Below the pieces are notes generated by a model. The model had not been told where the DNA came from and ran no database searches. It saw only the letters and a program-made list of their open reading frames with translations. Of a stretch of DNA of 64,000 nucleotides, positions 12,731 to 25,567 are shown piece after piece. Each line of letters begins with the position of its first letter. Positions within the stretch are counted from its first letter, which is position 1. Origin of the DNA: Octopus sinensis. Lineage: Eukaryota. The position numbers and the translations under genes are program-made. The DNA lies in assembly GCF_006345805.1 (NCBI RefSeq), contig NC_043003.1:81778001-81842000 (forward strand). The letters are read 5' to 3'.

Positions 12731-14629
12731 GTTAGTACATGCAAGCAAAAATAGATTTTAAATTTGTAATCAGTGTTAGAAAACTGCTTAAATTCAGTTG
12801 AAAAATCCCATGCAACAGCAAATGAGAAAAAAATATTTCCCTACTGCTTTAGTTGTGACTTCTGGATATCAACTAACTTATCTAGATCAAAAACTTCCAT
12901 TCTTCAAATTACGGAGCTCGGCAATTTTTACGCTAGAGATGAGCAAGTTATCGAAGGTAATAAAATCTTCATGATCCCATGGAATTTAAAGAGTGAATGT
13001 TACCAACTTGGAGGATAAAGATAACAAGACCTGACTATATAAAATAATATTATCTTAATAGCTTTCCATTGGGGAGATGACCAGTCAAAATAAAGTCTAA
13101 AATTCTCTTTAAGAATAGAATAACATTTATCGATAGCCTAAAAGAAATATAGTATTTCGTATATATAGAATATTCTTAATGCTTTTAAGATGTGAAACTT
13201 TAAACGCTAAACAGTAGAACACTTTAGCATTTATTCACTTATGAAATTTTTTCATCTCTATATTTTAGTGAAAACTTATATTTCGAGTTTGTCTGCGAAA
13301 ATGATGCATAAGCATTCTAACTTTATGCTCACATGTTTAGAGCAACCCTTCATATCTAAATATATTTTATCTCTCTTGCAATGTTCCTCTTCAATTTTCT
13401 CCTCAAATGAGCAAAATAAAAATATAACAGTGCAATATGTTAGGTTAGAGATATTGACTTCTCAAGCCTTGAACCGGTTCACTTCATGGTAATGGTTTTC
13501 ATTCTTTTTCTCCGTTTCAAGGTATATATTTTCCTTATTTGGGATCTTAACCTCAGTTAATAGTTACACAGAAAAATGATTTTACACTGAGTATGAAAAT
13601 GCAATGATAGAAACTGCATCGTGCGTAAATCTTACATGTCCGAAACAATAACAGTCGGAAAAAAACTTTTACTTGAAATCATTATCTTTATTTTTGCTTA
13701 AAAATATATATTATATGTGTATGATGCACGAAATACGTTTATTATTAACAAAATAGCTTGTGATAATCAGTATGTAGGTACATTATATTCATTTAGAGAA
13801 ATATCATTTCAGACTGCAGCATAAGTGAGAAGTATCTACTATGCTTGATACGTCTAATATTGCTACACTTAAAGGATGAAATAGCAATTTATATTTTTAT
13901 GAACAGTTTAGAAAGCAATATCTATGCAAGTGTATTGCGTATAACAGTCATAAAGCAAATGCTGTATTGATAATAATGGGGAAAATATTCATGTAAAGTT
14001 ACAAAAAATGTAATCAAATTGCTGTAGGGGATGGAAAATATCATCATATGATTTGAATGCACTGGAATTGATTATAAATATCATCACTGCAGCTGAGGTT
14101 AAATGTATGAGAGGAACGTTTGTCACATTGTTAGGTAATTCGGTAGGGGTACACGTATGAGCTGAAAAACAGAAATCATCTGAATTTATACAAGAAATTA
14201 GTTATTAAAATTTCCGTTGGGGATATATTTAAAATAAATCAGGAAGTGAAGCAACTCCATCATGTTCAGTTCATGGAAATAGCTGAACAATGTATAGGAT
14301 ATAGAATGAAGTAGATCTGTTCCACAAGTTAACTCTTTTGCTGTTTAGCTTCCTAGAAACTAGTAATTGCTTCGATACTTTCAAAGATTTACAACTCCCT
14401 ATATTACATATATTAGTATCCACCGTTTTCCTAATTAGTAAACAGAAAAATATTATGAGTAACTATTCCCAATTCATCCCATTTAAATGAGTAACAACTA
14501 ATTCTTTATACATCATTAAATAAACAGGCTTAGATTCTTGAGAGCCAAATGTAAATATGAAATATATTTTAATGATTATAAAAAACATGAAAGCATTTAC
14601 CGTCATTTTCGTCAGTATGTATGAATGCA

Positions 14630-14689
14630 TACTTATGTATATATATGTGTGTATATATGTATATATATGTGTATATATGTATATATATA

Positions 14690-14753
<64 letters not shown>

Positions 14754-14770
14754 GTGTGTGTATATATGCA
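14630..14770. repeat. (TA)n/(TG)n compound microsatellite
   Basis: Direct reading. Confidence 0.95.
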
Positions 14771-16153
14771 TGCAAAAATACATATAGTCTAAATAGATTG
14801 CGTTATTGTTCTGCAGTATATTACATTTAATCTCATTATCAGAATATGTTATTTGATAGAAATAAACTTTTCCCTCGTTCCCATAAGGAATTTGAACCGA
14901 CTTGAAGTGTATGTGTGTTATGTTGGATGTCTGCTTCTTGCAATCCATATTCCATGTTCACTTAACTTTTTTCATTCAAGAGTTAAAAAATAGCAGCGTC
15001 ATATCTAGAATCACCTTGATCATGGGTCTGCCTTCTAATTACTGACCAGAACGTTAACAACAAAAAAGAACCTATTTACATTTTACTGTGTTATTGGGAA
15101 TCAATATATCTTCTCTGCAATTAATTAATTTATTACCTCTATCACCTCGTTCTAGGTTATATGCCACTGTGTGGTAATTTGAACAAGTATATTTTACCGA
15201 AGTGCCTGGTTGACACAAGCTTTGCGATTAAAGTTTGCTTAACAGCACTACTTTGTCCTTGGGTTCGTCTGCGGGAGCCAAACTTTTTGAAGAATACGCC
15301 AGCCTGTTGCATGGCTTCTTCATTCGTTTCTTCATTTGTCTAGGAAAACCAAGAGGTTAGCATGGGTACAGTTGCGCTTCGTTGACTAAGCTACGTAACG
15401 AACATGCGATACTTCGGTGGCTGGTCCACAAGCTGATTATGAAGTAGGGAACATCAATCTTCTATGAAGTGTAGAAGTACTATAGAAATCATTGTAACGG
15501 CAATATATTTAAATTTCTTCAATAATATTATATAGGACACTGGTGTCAAAGCTTTTAACCGAATGAGACAAAACGAGCAGAAATTAAATGAGCGCATTTT
15601 TTATACGAAGCAATATCCATTCCGGATTACAAATACAGAAATATGCAAATGACGTACCTATGGGAGATTACTCAGAATTGTGTGTTTGAGGCATTTTATG
15701 CTTCTTTTGGAAATTTGATGCTTCTTTTGGTCGGTATTGCAACATAAGTATTGGAACCGAATCGTTATAGTGTTTGAGAAACGAAGTATATATCATTCAG
15801 CTGCAGTCCTGTCAAAACACGCAAGTGAGACAGTCATTGGAAAATATATCAAAGATAGCTTCTAGGTGATGGGCATATTGTTATCTGCTGATGGAGTTTA
15901 TATATCAGTCGTTATTTAGAATAAGATGCAATTTCATTTAGGAACGGCAATTAGTGTACCAAGAAAATTATATAATCCATTTTATAGAATATTTATTTTA
16001 ATATATTATATGCAGTGTTCGTTGTTCCTCGGGGTTTATAGAGTGAATCAGTACGACTTGCTTTTCTCACATAGGATGATGTTCCCTGTATAAAATTTCA
16101 GATACCTTGGTACAAATCGAGCTGCAACATGTATTGGTACACAAAACGTACAT

Positions 16154-16211
<58 letters not shown>

Positions 16212-16283
16212 TACACACACACATACATACACACAAACACACACGCGAACACATTCGCTCCCTACACACACACGTATAAATAT

Positions 16284-16570
16284 GGAGGTGCGTGGTTTAG
16301 TGGTTAGCGTATTCGGCTCACGATCGCTACATGCCGAGTTCGATTCTCGGTGGCACATTGTCTTCTCGAGCAAGACACTTTATTTCACGTTACTCCAGTA
16401 GACTCAGCTGGTAAAAAAATGAGTAGTGTGACACGCCGAATTTTCCTGAGAACTACATTAAGATTACGCTTGTCTGTGAAGTGCTCAGCCAGTCGTACGT
16501 TAATTCATGAGCCAGGTGTTCTCTTGATCACATCAACATGAACTCATGTTGCCGTAAGCGACAGAGTGTC
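16284..16570 (+). mobile_element. tRNA-derived SINE, family B (V-SINE-like core), diverged
   Basis: A box TGGTTTAGTGG, B box GAGTTCGATTC, then GAGCAAGACACTTTATTTCACGTT..ACTCAGCTG core shared with 19595-19931 and 25236-25567. Confidence 0.85.
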
Positions 16571-19500
16571 GGTCAGAGAGAGACGGAGAGAGAGACAGAC
16601 CAACAGAGAGAGAGAGAGAGCGAGAGAAAGAAAGAAAGAAAATATGAAGGAAAGAAAGAGAGAAAGAAAGAGGGAGATGGAAAGACGTTCTGTTGAGAAA
16701 AGCGAAGGCTAGAATGGTTTTTGATGTTCTGTAATTAACTCACCGGTAGCAAATGATTGAGAGCGCAAAGATACGTGACAAGCTATACGGAGTTAGGAGG
16801 TGATAGGGCCAAAAACAAAAACTTGGTGAAATAGAAAACAAATTAGAAGAGGAAGAGTAATTATGCAAGAAGTTGAAATAGAGAAAAAAAATTAATGTAT
16901 GACTATGTTAAGAGTGGCTGAAGTAGATAGCTGTCACACAAGCGAAAGTCACGGTGTAGTTTTTCAATCAGGTATGTAAGGAGACTCCTTGTATATGAGT
17001 TAAAGGTTACACTCTCTTTCCGTGTGTCACAGTGTGATGTAGTCTAGGACGTGTGATTCTTTGCTATTGCTGATTTGGGTGCACTGTTACATTTTATTTA
17101 TCTGAGATTTTTGAGTGGCGGCGCAGTTGTTGAGGACTAAAATATTAATGAATGCTTGTCTTTCGACTGCACATATTACCATATCGTAGATATGAAATAT
17201 CTCGGAATCATAAGCTATGATTTTGAGGCCTAGCATTTGTAACGGTTTTTCTCGTTTTGGTTGCTTGTTGTCTTTTTCGAAAACTATTCTCATGCAGCTA
17301 TAGATTACAAGTAGATGAGGTAGATTTTTGGAAGGTAAATGAAAAGTGAGATGTGGTTCCATCTGCCTTCGCTGAGGTTCATAATGTACGCAGTGAAGAG
17401 AGCTCACGGTATAACTAAATATTTCATAAGGATCTTCAGCTCATGCTGACAAGAAGCTTCGTCACAGTAAAGAGTTTCATGAAGTCCCAAAAGGACGGCA
17501 AGACAAAAGGTTTTCATATTACAAAGGGGAACTTCCGGATCGTGGGTGACATAGAGTTATCATTCTACGGTGCATCGGTCACTGCATAGGTGACTCGATC
17601 TGTTGGACAGAGGTATGTTTACAACTGCTCTCATCATACTTATACTGTTCGAAATAAGTATAACTGGCCGATATTAGGTAGAGTCAAAAGAACATTTTGT
17701 CCGTGTCTAGTGGTAGTTATAATGTGTAAATAACGCCTGTGTGTTCAATAACCGTGAAGAATTAGTTGCTTAACGATCGGATGGGACGAAGCAGTTATCG
17801 AACGACCAGTATCCAAATAAAGTGCTTAGATAATATCATAAATACATGACCTCATGAGTAGACCGAGATATATCGATTTCAGTGTATTTACTGTTTTGAC
17901 AATACATTAAAAATTCTTGTTTTAGCTTCTCTTTCACTGTATAATCTCTGTGTTCACACACACTTTGTCTTAAAATTCATCTTATTATTCAGTGGTAATA
18001 GACATCGAAGCCGGCCAACACTAATACTTCTGATGTAGATCAATTCTGAACTTGAATATCTGAAGATGCATCCTTGAAAAGTTTTTGCAGAATGCAGTGC
18101 CCAGAGTATACCAGTTTTTTAGTTTGGAGTTTAATAGATAGAAACTTCTACTAGGACTGATAACGAGTGGAGCGAGTGGCGACGATTTTTATGGTAAATA
18201 TATAGCGAGATCAGAGGAATACAAACAGATAAGGCTACGTGCAACAGTAATGTTAATATTTGTTGACGACTGCAGAAATGTGATAAGTAAATGCTCATAC
18301 ATTGAATAAACTGTGATTTATTAGATTCTTAATATTTCAATGATGTAATCTCTATACATTATATTCATACGCGCAAGCACACACAGGCACGTGCGCGCAC
18401 GCACATGACATTATCGTGATATAATGAGCCGATATTAGACTGTATATAGAAGACAAATAAAAATTCTTAAAAGCATGCTATTAGTAAGTTGCTCTCTTAC
18501 TAAAACATGCTGCTATCAAACCGGATTTTAATTTTTCTCCTAAGTCATCTATGTTATTTCTCAAGTTAATTATGTTTTAAGAGTCATATATAAAAACAAA
18601 ACTTAAAACTTAAATTATAATTACATCCGTTTCAAATTTAATGCATCATTACTTTCACCATTACTTGCAAACGAATGATGATGTCAGATCTGCATGAGCA
18701 ATCACACACGCATGCAATTATACACACTATAAATGATATATGATATATATTATATGTATGTATATATGTACATATAAATGTATATGTGTGTGTACATACA
18801 TGCATATATATGCACATACGCACACACTCACTCATTCACTCACACACATATATATATATGTACGCATAAGGGTGTCCCGTTTTACGGATCAAAACTTTTT
18901 CTGACTGTACCATTGTCTTGCATGGTGCCAGTGGATGAAAACATTTGGTATACACAGTGACAGGGCTATAAAATTAGTTTTTGTGACTTCACAAGCCTCT
19001 TGTATTTGAAAAATTGGCTATTTTTATTGTGCTTGTATAGTGTCAAATCGAAAGGCATCTGTTTAATGTTTGTTTCGTAAGTCTCATACGGATCTGAATT
19101 ATGCTAGAAGATTATGGTGCAAACGTAAATCTCATTTCTAATAATTTTATAACAAGCACAAAGTTAGACAGTTGACTAAAAATCTTACAATATACCATGT
19201 TGAACAGCCATGAATAGGAAAGAACAAGGGAACCCTCCACTTGCACAATAGAAAAAGAAGCTTGAACAGCAACCTCCTGGTACTTACTTGCTAGCCCCTG
19301 TACTTAGTCACGGCCATCTTTATGTGGCCTTACTTCGTACAAGAAGGAAAAAAAAACTTTAAAATTCTTTTGAAGGAAAGAAGCAGTCAAGAGATGTTAA
19401 TTACGGATAGATTTTTCATTTTAAAAAATTGGAAATAGAAGTATTATTAAACTGAAAACTTGGTTTTTACCTTATTTATATATAAAATATTACACTGAGC

Positions 19501-19594
19501 CGTCACTTTTGACTGCTAGTGCATATATATCATACATATACATATATGTATTCAAATATATATATGTTTGTATATGTGTTTATGTATAGTGCAA

Positions 19595-19931
19595 GTAAAG
19601 GGTAAATACCCCCTTCGGTCATGAATGACCATGAGATTGCACCTAGAAAGTTACCCTCCTAGACACAAGTCCGGGCAAGGTTGTTTATGGAAGGCCAGCA
19701 GTCGCCCATGCATACCAGCCTCCCCTCTCCACGCCACCAGTGTTATCCAAAGGAAAGACAAAGGTCGATACAGCTTGGTACCAGTGACGTCGCAACTCAT
19801 TTCTACAGCTGAGTGAACTGGAACAACGTGAAATAAAGTGCCTTGCTCAAGAACACAACACGCAGCCCGGTCCGGGATTCGAGCTCACAACCTCACGATC
19901 GTAAGCTCGACGCTCTAACCACTGAGCCATG
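19595..19931 (-). mobile_element. tRNA-derived SINE, family B (V-SINE-like)
   Basis: Head TGGCTCAGTGGTTAGAGCGTCGAGCTTACGATCG..TCGAATCCC; aligns end to end with 25236-25567. Confidence 0.92.
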
Positions 19932-19996
19932 ATACACACAAGCATAGTTACACAAACAAATAATTGTTCATTGAAGAGGAGAAAGTATTCACATGA

Positions 19997-20031
19997 TGTT
20001 ACTCAAGTTTCACGTAACCGTTCATCAGACA
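19997..20031 (-). ncRNA. Minimal type-I hammerhead ribozyme motif, intact core
   Basis: TGT-CTGATGA-ACG(GTTA)CGT-GAAA-CTTGAG-T-A-ACA: stems I and II pair; stem III ACTTGAGT is self-complementary with G.U pairs; cleavage triplet GUA. Confidence 0.6.
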
Positions 20032-21440
20032 ATTGTGGTTGTGTTAACAGAAAGGAATTTAAAGATTTCAAGATATCAAGTATATGCAAGTGTTCATAGA
20101 TACGAATTCAAGCAATAAGAATTTGAATTTGATTTAGCAGCTGCTAATTTAAAATAACAGTGTAATGGGATTGACGCAACGGAAAAGTTTAAAATGTTGG
20201 CGAGTTGAAAAAGTATAAATAAAATATATATTGTAGGTGCGGTTGAAAAGCACAAAGAGAAGATAGACTATATCAAGAATAAGTAATTGCTAGTAAAGAA
20301 AATAGAATATGATAGTAAAGTGATAATTAAAATAAAAATCTATAGTTGAAATTAAAACTAATAAACTACAAATAATTAGAGAAAGACAAGAAAAAGTAAT
20401 AGAGAAACAAATCACTGTGAGACAGAAAGAGAAGGAGAGAACAGAGAAAAAAATCTTCTTTCATCTAATTGTACACCGTTGATTTAAGAGTAGTGGCCGA
20501 ATAAGCTTTGAATGCGCATTTGTTAAGTTGGTGTCACTGAAAACTAAAGTATACTCACAATTTGATTGACGGTTACGTGAAACTGTAAGTAGCAATTTGT
20601 GAAGTAGTTTCGGCTTCAGTAACTCTATTTTTTGTCACCTTATTCTGCTCATATTTTCTTACTTGTGGGCAAATACTTACATACACATACATACACGCAC
20701 ACATACATGCATATATATATATATATATTATATATATATATATATACATACATACATAATACATATATATATATATATACATACATACATATACATATAT
20801 ATATACATACATACATAATACATATATATATATATATGAAAGAAGGTTTGAAAATGCAATTTTAAAAGATGTTTATTCACTTGACCATTTTCCCTTTTTT
20901 AGCAAAAGATTGTCAAAAGTAACATGTAAAAGCCTTATTGTTTTTGTTACTGGTTGTCACAAAATATTACAATACATATATACATTCCTTGATAATAATA
21001 TGTTAAAACAGTTTATAGAAAAAATTATTAAAAAGTTCATAAAGAATATTGGGATTTCATTAGAAATCATTTTTGTTTGGAAGTATCTATATATACACAC
21101 AGAAAATTATAAGTTCAAAAAGGTCGTATTTTGGTAGTGTATATATGTACAACGATCAAATGAGTAAACTTAACAATAATGTACCTATAATGTAAACGGG
21201 AAACAGCTTGAATACAAATTTGCTGACCATTTCTTTTATGTATCACTCTGTGAAAAAGCTAGTTTGTCTGTAGCCCATCCACGGATTGACAATATAGAAT
21301 TGTAACATAGGAACCTCCCACAAGATTACCTGGAGTTCTTCACTAATCTAAGTAATATTCTTAGACTGGTCTGCTAAAAGGGAGTTCATGAAGTATTTAA
21401 ACCGGATTGATAATCCTTCGATATTTGTTCTATATACATG

Positions 21441-21495
<55 letters not shown>

Positions 21496-21682
21496 TATAT
21501 ATATATATTGACAAGTGCATTCAACGTGCCCTTCAACTTAACATCAAGGAACTGAACATCCCAAATCAAAGAAAAACTTACCACTAAAAGCCCTACCATA
21601 CATCTCCACACACAACCCTCTCAATAACGAAGCCTTCGGCACCATCCTCCGCAACATACCCCTCCTAAAAAAAGACCACAAA

Positions 21683-22132
21683 ATGAACACAATCCTCCAA
21701 ACACACACGATCATAAAAAGCAAGAGACAGCCTAAATCCATGAAAAGTCTCCTAACACAAGCCCGAATTCACTCTTCAACACAGAAGCCGACAGTAAAAA
21801 AATGTAGAAGACCCAATTGCGGGATATGCGACTATCTAATTGAGGGATCAGAGTTCTCCTTCAAACAGGGACAACGGTTTAGTGTGAAAAGCAACTTCAC
21901 ATGTGCTTCGGAGAACCTAATATACTCACTAACCTGCTCCGGGTGTCAAGAGCAGTACGTAGGCCAAACAAAAAATAGTTTGCGTAAAAGAATGGCCCTG
22001 CACAGATCCCAGATAAAAATTCCCCAAAACAGAAAAATAGCCTTCACCACACATAGATACTTGTGCCAACAACAAAAGCCCAGGCTTCAGGATTTTCCCC
22101 CCCCTACCAATTTAGGGACGATACAACTTTGA
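21683..22132 (+). pseudogene. Penelope GIY-YIG endonuclease coding remnant
   Basis: 149-aa ORF in the track; frameshifted near its C terminus (the alternative frame continues THIDTCANN..FRIFP). Confidence 0.9.
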
Positions 22133-22927
22133 GACACGAATAAGTAAAGAAACTCTCTTTATTACAAAATACAGGCCACTTCTTAACGGGTCTACGACAA
22201 ACGATTAATATACCTCAACTTTAGAATAAAAGAATATACACACACCAATATTACATTCCAAAGAATCCATTACTAATTAGCCCCAATCACAGCTATAATC
22301 CTAACATGCCAACTTCAAGTCATACAACACCTCACTACCCTACTTCACCCATTCATATTCTCCCTTCTCTGTTTTCTTCTCTTCTTCCTCTTCTTCTTCA
22401 TCATCATCATATCATCATCATCGTCATCATCATCACCACCATCATCATCATCATCTTCTTCTTCTCCTTCTCCTTCCTCTTCTTCTTCATCATCATCATC
22501 ATCATCATCATCAATCATCACAATCGTCAAATCTTCTTCTTCTTCTTCTTCTTCTTCTTCTTCTTCTTCTTCTTCTGCTCCACCTTCTACCTCTTAACTT
22601 TATCACTAATGCTTTTTAGTAAAACACCTACGCAAATTACATAAACAAATCTCTCAATAGAAATATTCTCCTGAATTGAACTGCAACTGCTAGCCGTCAC
22701 TGACCATTCAAAATACACAATCAAGGCACTCCAAATTTTCCACCCCCTCTTCTCTTCACAGCCTTCTTCTTCTCTGCCCTACCAAGAATTCACAACGACC
22801 TCGAACACACAAGTGCAAAGAAGGGAGTCAGAGAAAGGCAGAATGCCACTTATATTTGAACACTACTATACAAATATTCCTTTAAAAAAACTTTTCTTCT
22901 AATTTTTCTAAATTAATTATTTACTCG

Positions 22928-22971
22928 TTACAGTTGAAAAGGTCTCAAAATGACCGAAACCGGTACTGAAA
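22928..22971 (+). ncRNA. Degenerate hammerhead ribozyme motif in the Penelope tail
   Basis: TTACAG-TTGAAAA-GGTC(TCAAAAT)GACC-GAAA-CCGG-T-A-CTGAAA; the core differs from CUGANGA at two positions; palindromic ACCGGT stem III. Confidence 0.55.
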
Positions 22972-22999
22972 TGTTCTTTATAAAATTATTTTAGCATTT

Positions 23000-23526
23000 T
23001 CTATTTTGACTTGTTTTTTCATATATATATATATAATATATATATATATATATGTATATATAGCATACATATACATATATATATATGCATACATTATATT
23101 GATAGATATAAAAGAACACGTACATAGATACATACAAATGTGTATACTGCGTGGGTATATGTACGTGTGTATATACGTGTGGGTGTGTGTGTGCGTGAGT
23201 GTGAGCGTACATGAAATGCAGAAATATTAAAAATATATTTGAAACATATTTTTAATATTTCCGCATTTCTCTTTAAATGTAATTCCCATAAAGACGGAAC
23301 TGAAACTGATCTCGAAAGTCATGTTAATTTTAGAGAGAGCGGCTGGCATTTAGTGCTTTGGCAGCTGATTCCGACACTCAAAATTTTATAATTACAGTGG
23401 GCAGAGATATTGAATCCCATCTCGGTTTCTATGTAAAACACACCGGGGAAACACTCACATACACACACACTTGCATTTATACCAATATACATACACGCGT
23501 ACGTGCATATATACATACATACATAC

Positions 23527-23590
<64 letters not shown>

Positions 23591-23699
23591 GCATATATAT
23601 ATATATGTATACTCACATATATATATATATGTACACACACCACACACCACCACACAACACACACACACACACATCTATATATATATATATATATAGGTG

Positions 23700-23739
<40 letters not shown>

Positions 23740-23830
23740 TATATATACATATAATATATACATACCTATATACAATACATAATGCATGTATGTATATCTA
23801 TCTATACATCTATCTATCTGTATGTACATA
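23000..23830. repeat. Compound (TA)n/(CA)n/(TG)n microsatellite field
   Basis: Direct reading; source of many spurious ORFs. A unique stretch lies at ~23230-23450. Confidence 0.9.
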
Positions 23831-24074
23831 TACGCCAAAAAAGAAAAAGAGAAGCTTGGACGCACGCGCGCACATAGTGTGAATGTAATTGGATGATATA
23901 GCTACAAACCTGCCTGTCTTCTTTGGAAGGAAATATATTCTTACATACAGCTCTTTTAACTTATAAACTAGCGTAATGTCCAATGAGTCAATGTCTACAA
24001 TAGTGTTAATGTTTAAAGTGTAAATCGTTGTGAGTTTAATATTATGAAAGTGTGAAATGTTGTCTTTAACTTCT

Positions 24075-24430
24075 TTCAGTCTCTGGACTGCAGTCATGCT
24101 CGGGCACTCTTTGAACAGGTTATTCGAGCAAATGGAACTTAGCATTTAATACATTGGTCTCGTTTTGCTGAACCACTTATCAGGTGAAGGAGGTCAAATA
24201 CAAACACAGAGACATACACGGGCACTCATAGATATAGAACCGTACATGTATATACATACATTTATGCATGAATACATACATACATCTATGCATGTATATA
24301 AAAAAAATACGCTTCTTTCCATTTATATCTATTAAATCCACTCATCGGTTAGGGGCAATAGTAGAAGACACTAACCCAACGTGTTATAACCTGGTCTAAA
24401 ACCCAAGACCTCATGGTAGAAAGCAAGTTT
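24075..24430 (-). mobile_element. Degenerate SINE, family C
   Basis: TTTCAGTCTCTGGACTGCAGTCATGC and CAATAGTAGAAGACAC resemble the reverse complement of family C copies. Confidence 0.6.
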
Positions 24431-24809
24431 TGTCATGGCTACCGAATAATTGTCACACATTACACTTACAGATAAATTCCTCTATTTACATAATATCGAG
24501 GTCCCTTTCATTCTTTTGTTGTCTTTCCATTTTTATCAATATATATATATATATATAAACCAGCTTAGAGAAGGAGAAGAAACGAAACGAAACGAATCGA
24601 ATTGAATCGACGCGAGGGCGCCCAGTCATACAATAGTGTAATAAATAAAATATATGCATACATACAAACATATATGTACGTACCTACATCTACATGTATA
24701 TATACATGCATATATAAATATATATACGTGTGTACAGGACACAACAAATAGACGTAGAACACAACGGGAAATGAAAAAGTAAAAACACACATATATATTC
24801 GACAGGACG

Positions 24810-24950
24810 TCATAGTTTCCCTCTACGAAATTCTCTCACAAGTCACTGATTGGTCCGAAGCTATGGGAGAAGAAACTTGGGTACTGTCCTGCTAATTGGA
24901 GCTGAACCCGAGACTAGTTGGTTGCAAAGTGATCTTACTCATGACATAGG
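24810..24950 (-). mobile_element. Degenerate SINE family C 5' part
   Basis: CTCACAAG..GGTCCGAAGCTATGGGAGAAGAAAC..GAACCCG resembles 38783-38921. Confidence 0.55.
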
Positions 24951-25235
24951 CATGTCTGTTTTTAGACTATACAGTATTGCTACATAGTATATATGATATG
25001 CACAACACAGGATGAATCAGAACTATCGAAATAGATTTAGATGTTAGATACACTTACCTGATATAACGAACTATAATCAGACTGTAAAGCATTGCTTTTA
25101 TGCTTTCGATATGCAAGAGCTGGTAGTTTCTGGGTGAGCTGTTCCGCGCTATCTTAATTGCTTTGTATATTATTTGTGAGTCCGTGAGTGTGTGTGTGTG
25201 TGTGCGCGCGCGTGCTTGTGTGTATTTATATCTGA

Positions 25236-25567
25236 GACCCCTTCGGTCACGACACGGACCATGGGATTGCACCTAAAAAGTTACCCTCCCAGGCACAGTT
25301 CCGGGCAAGGTTATTTATGGAAGACCAGTAGTCGCCCATACATACCGGTCTTCCCTCTCTACGCCACCAGTGTTATCCAAGGGAAATGTAATGGCTGATA
25401 CAGCTTGGTACCTGTGACGCCGCAACTCATTTTTACAGCTGAGTGAACTGGAGCAACGAGAAATAAAGTGTCTTACTCAAGAACACAACACGCAGCCCGG
25501 TCCGGGATTCGAGCTCACAACCTCACGATCGTAAGCTCGACGCTCTAACCATTGAGCCATGCGCCTT
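25236..25567 (-). mobile_element. tRNA-derived SINE, family B (V-SINE-like)
   Basis: Highly similar to 19595-19931 over ~330 bp. Confidence 0.92.

Larger units (their letters stand above)
21510..23000 (+). mobile_element. Penelope-like retroelement (Neptune-type), 5'-truncated, with 3' pLTR-like tail
   Basis: LPYISTHNP, IIKSKRQPKSMKSLL, Cys linker KKCRRPNCGICDYL, GIY-YIG motif LIYSLTCSGCQEQYVGQT..LRKRMALH; C-rich tail with (TCA/TCT)n and a hammerhead-like motif. Confidence 0.92.

Noticed and set aside
20561-20584. 24-nt minus-strand micro-exon with TTACAG|..|GTGAGT
   Set aside because: It overlaps the inverted hammerhead-bearing repeat copy and is phase-incompatible with the nearest upstream candidate exon.
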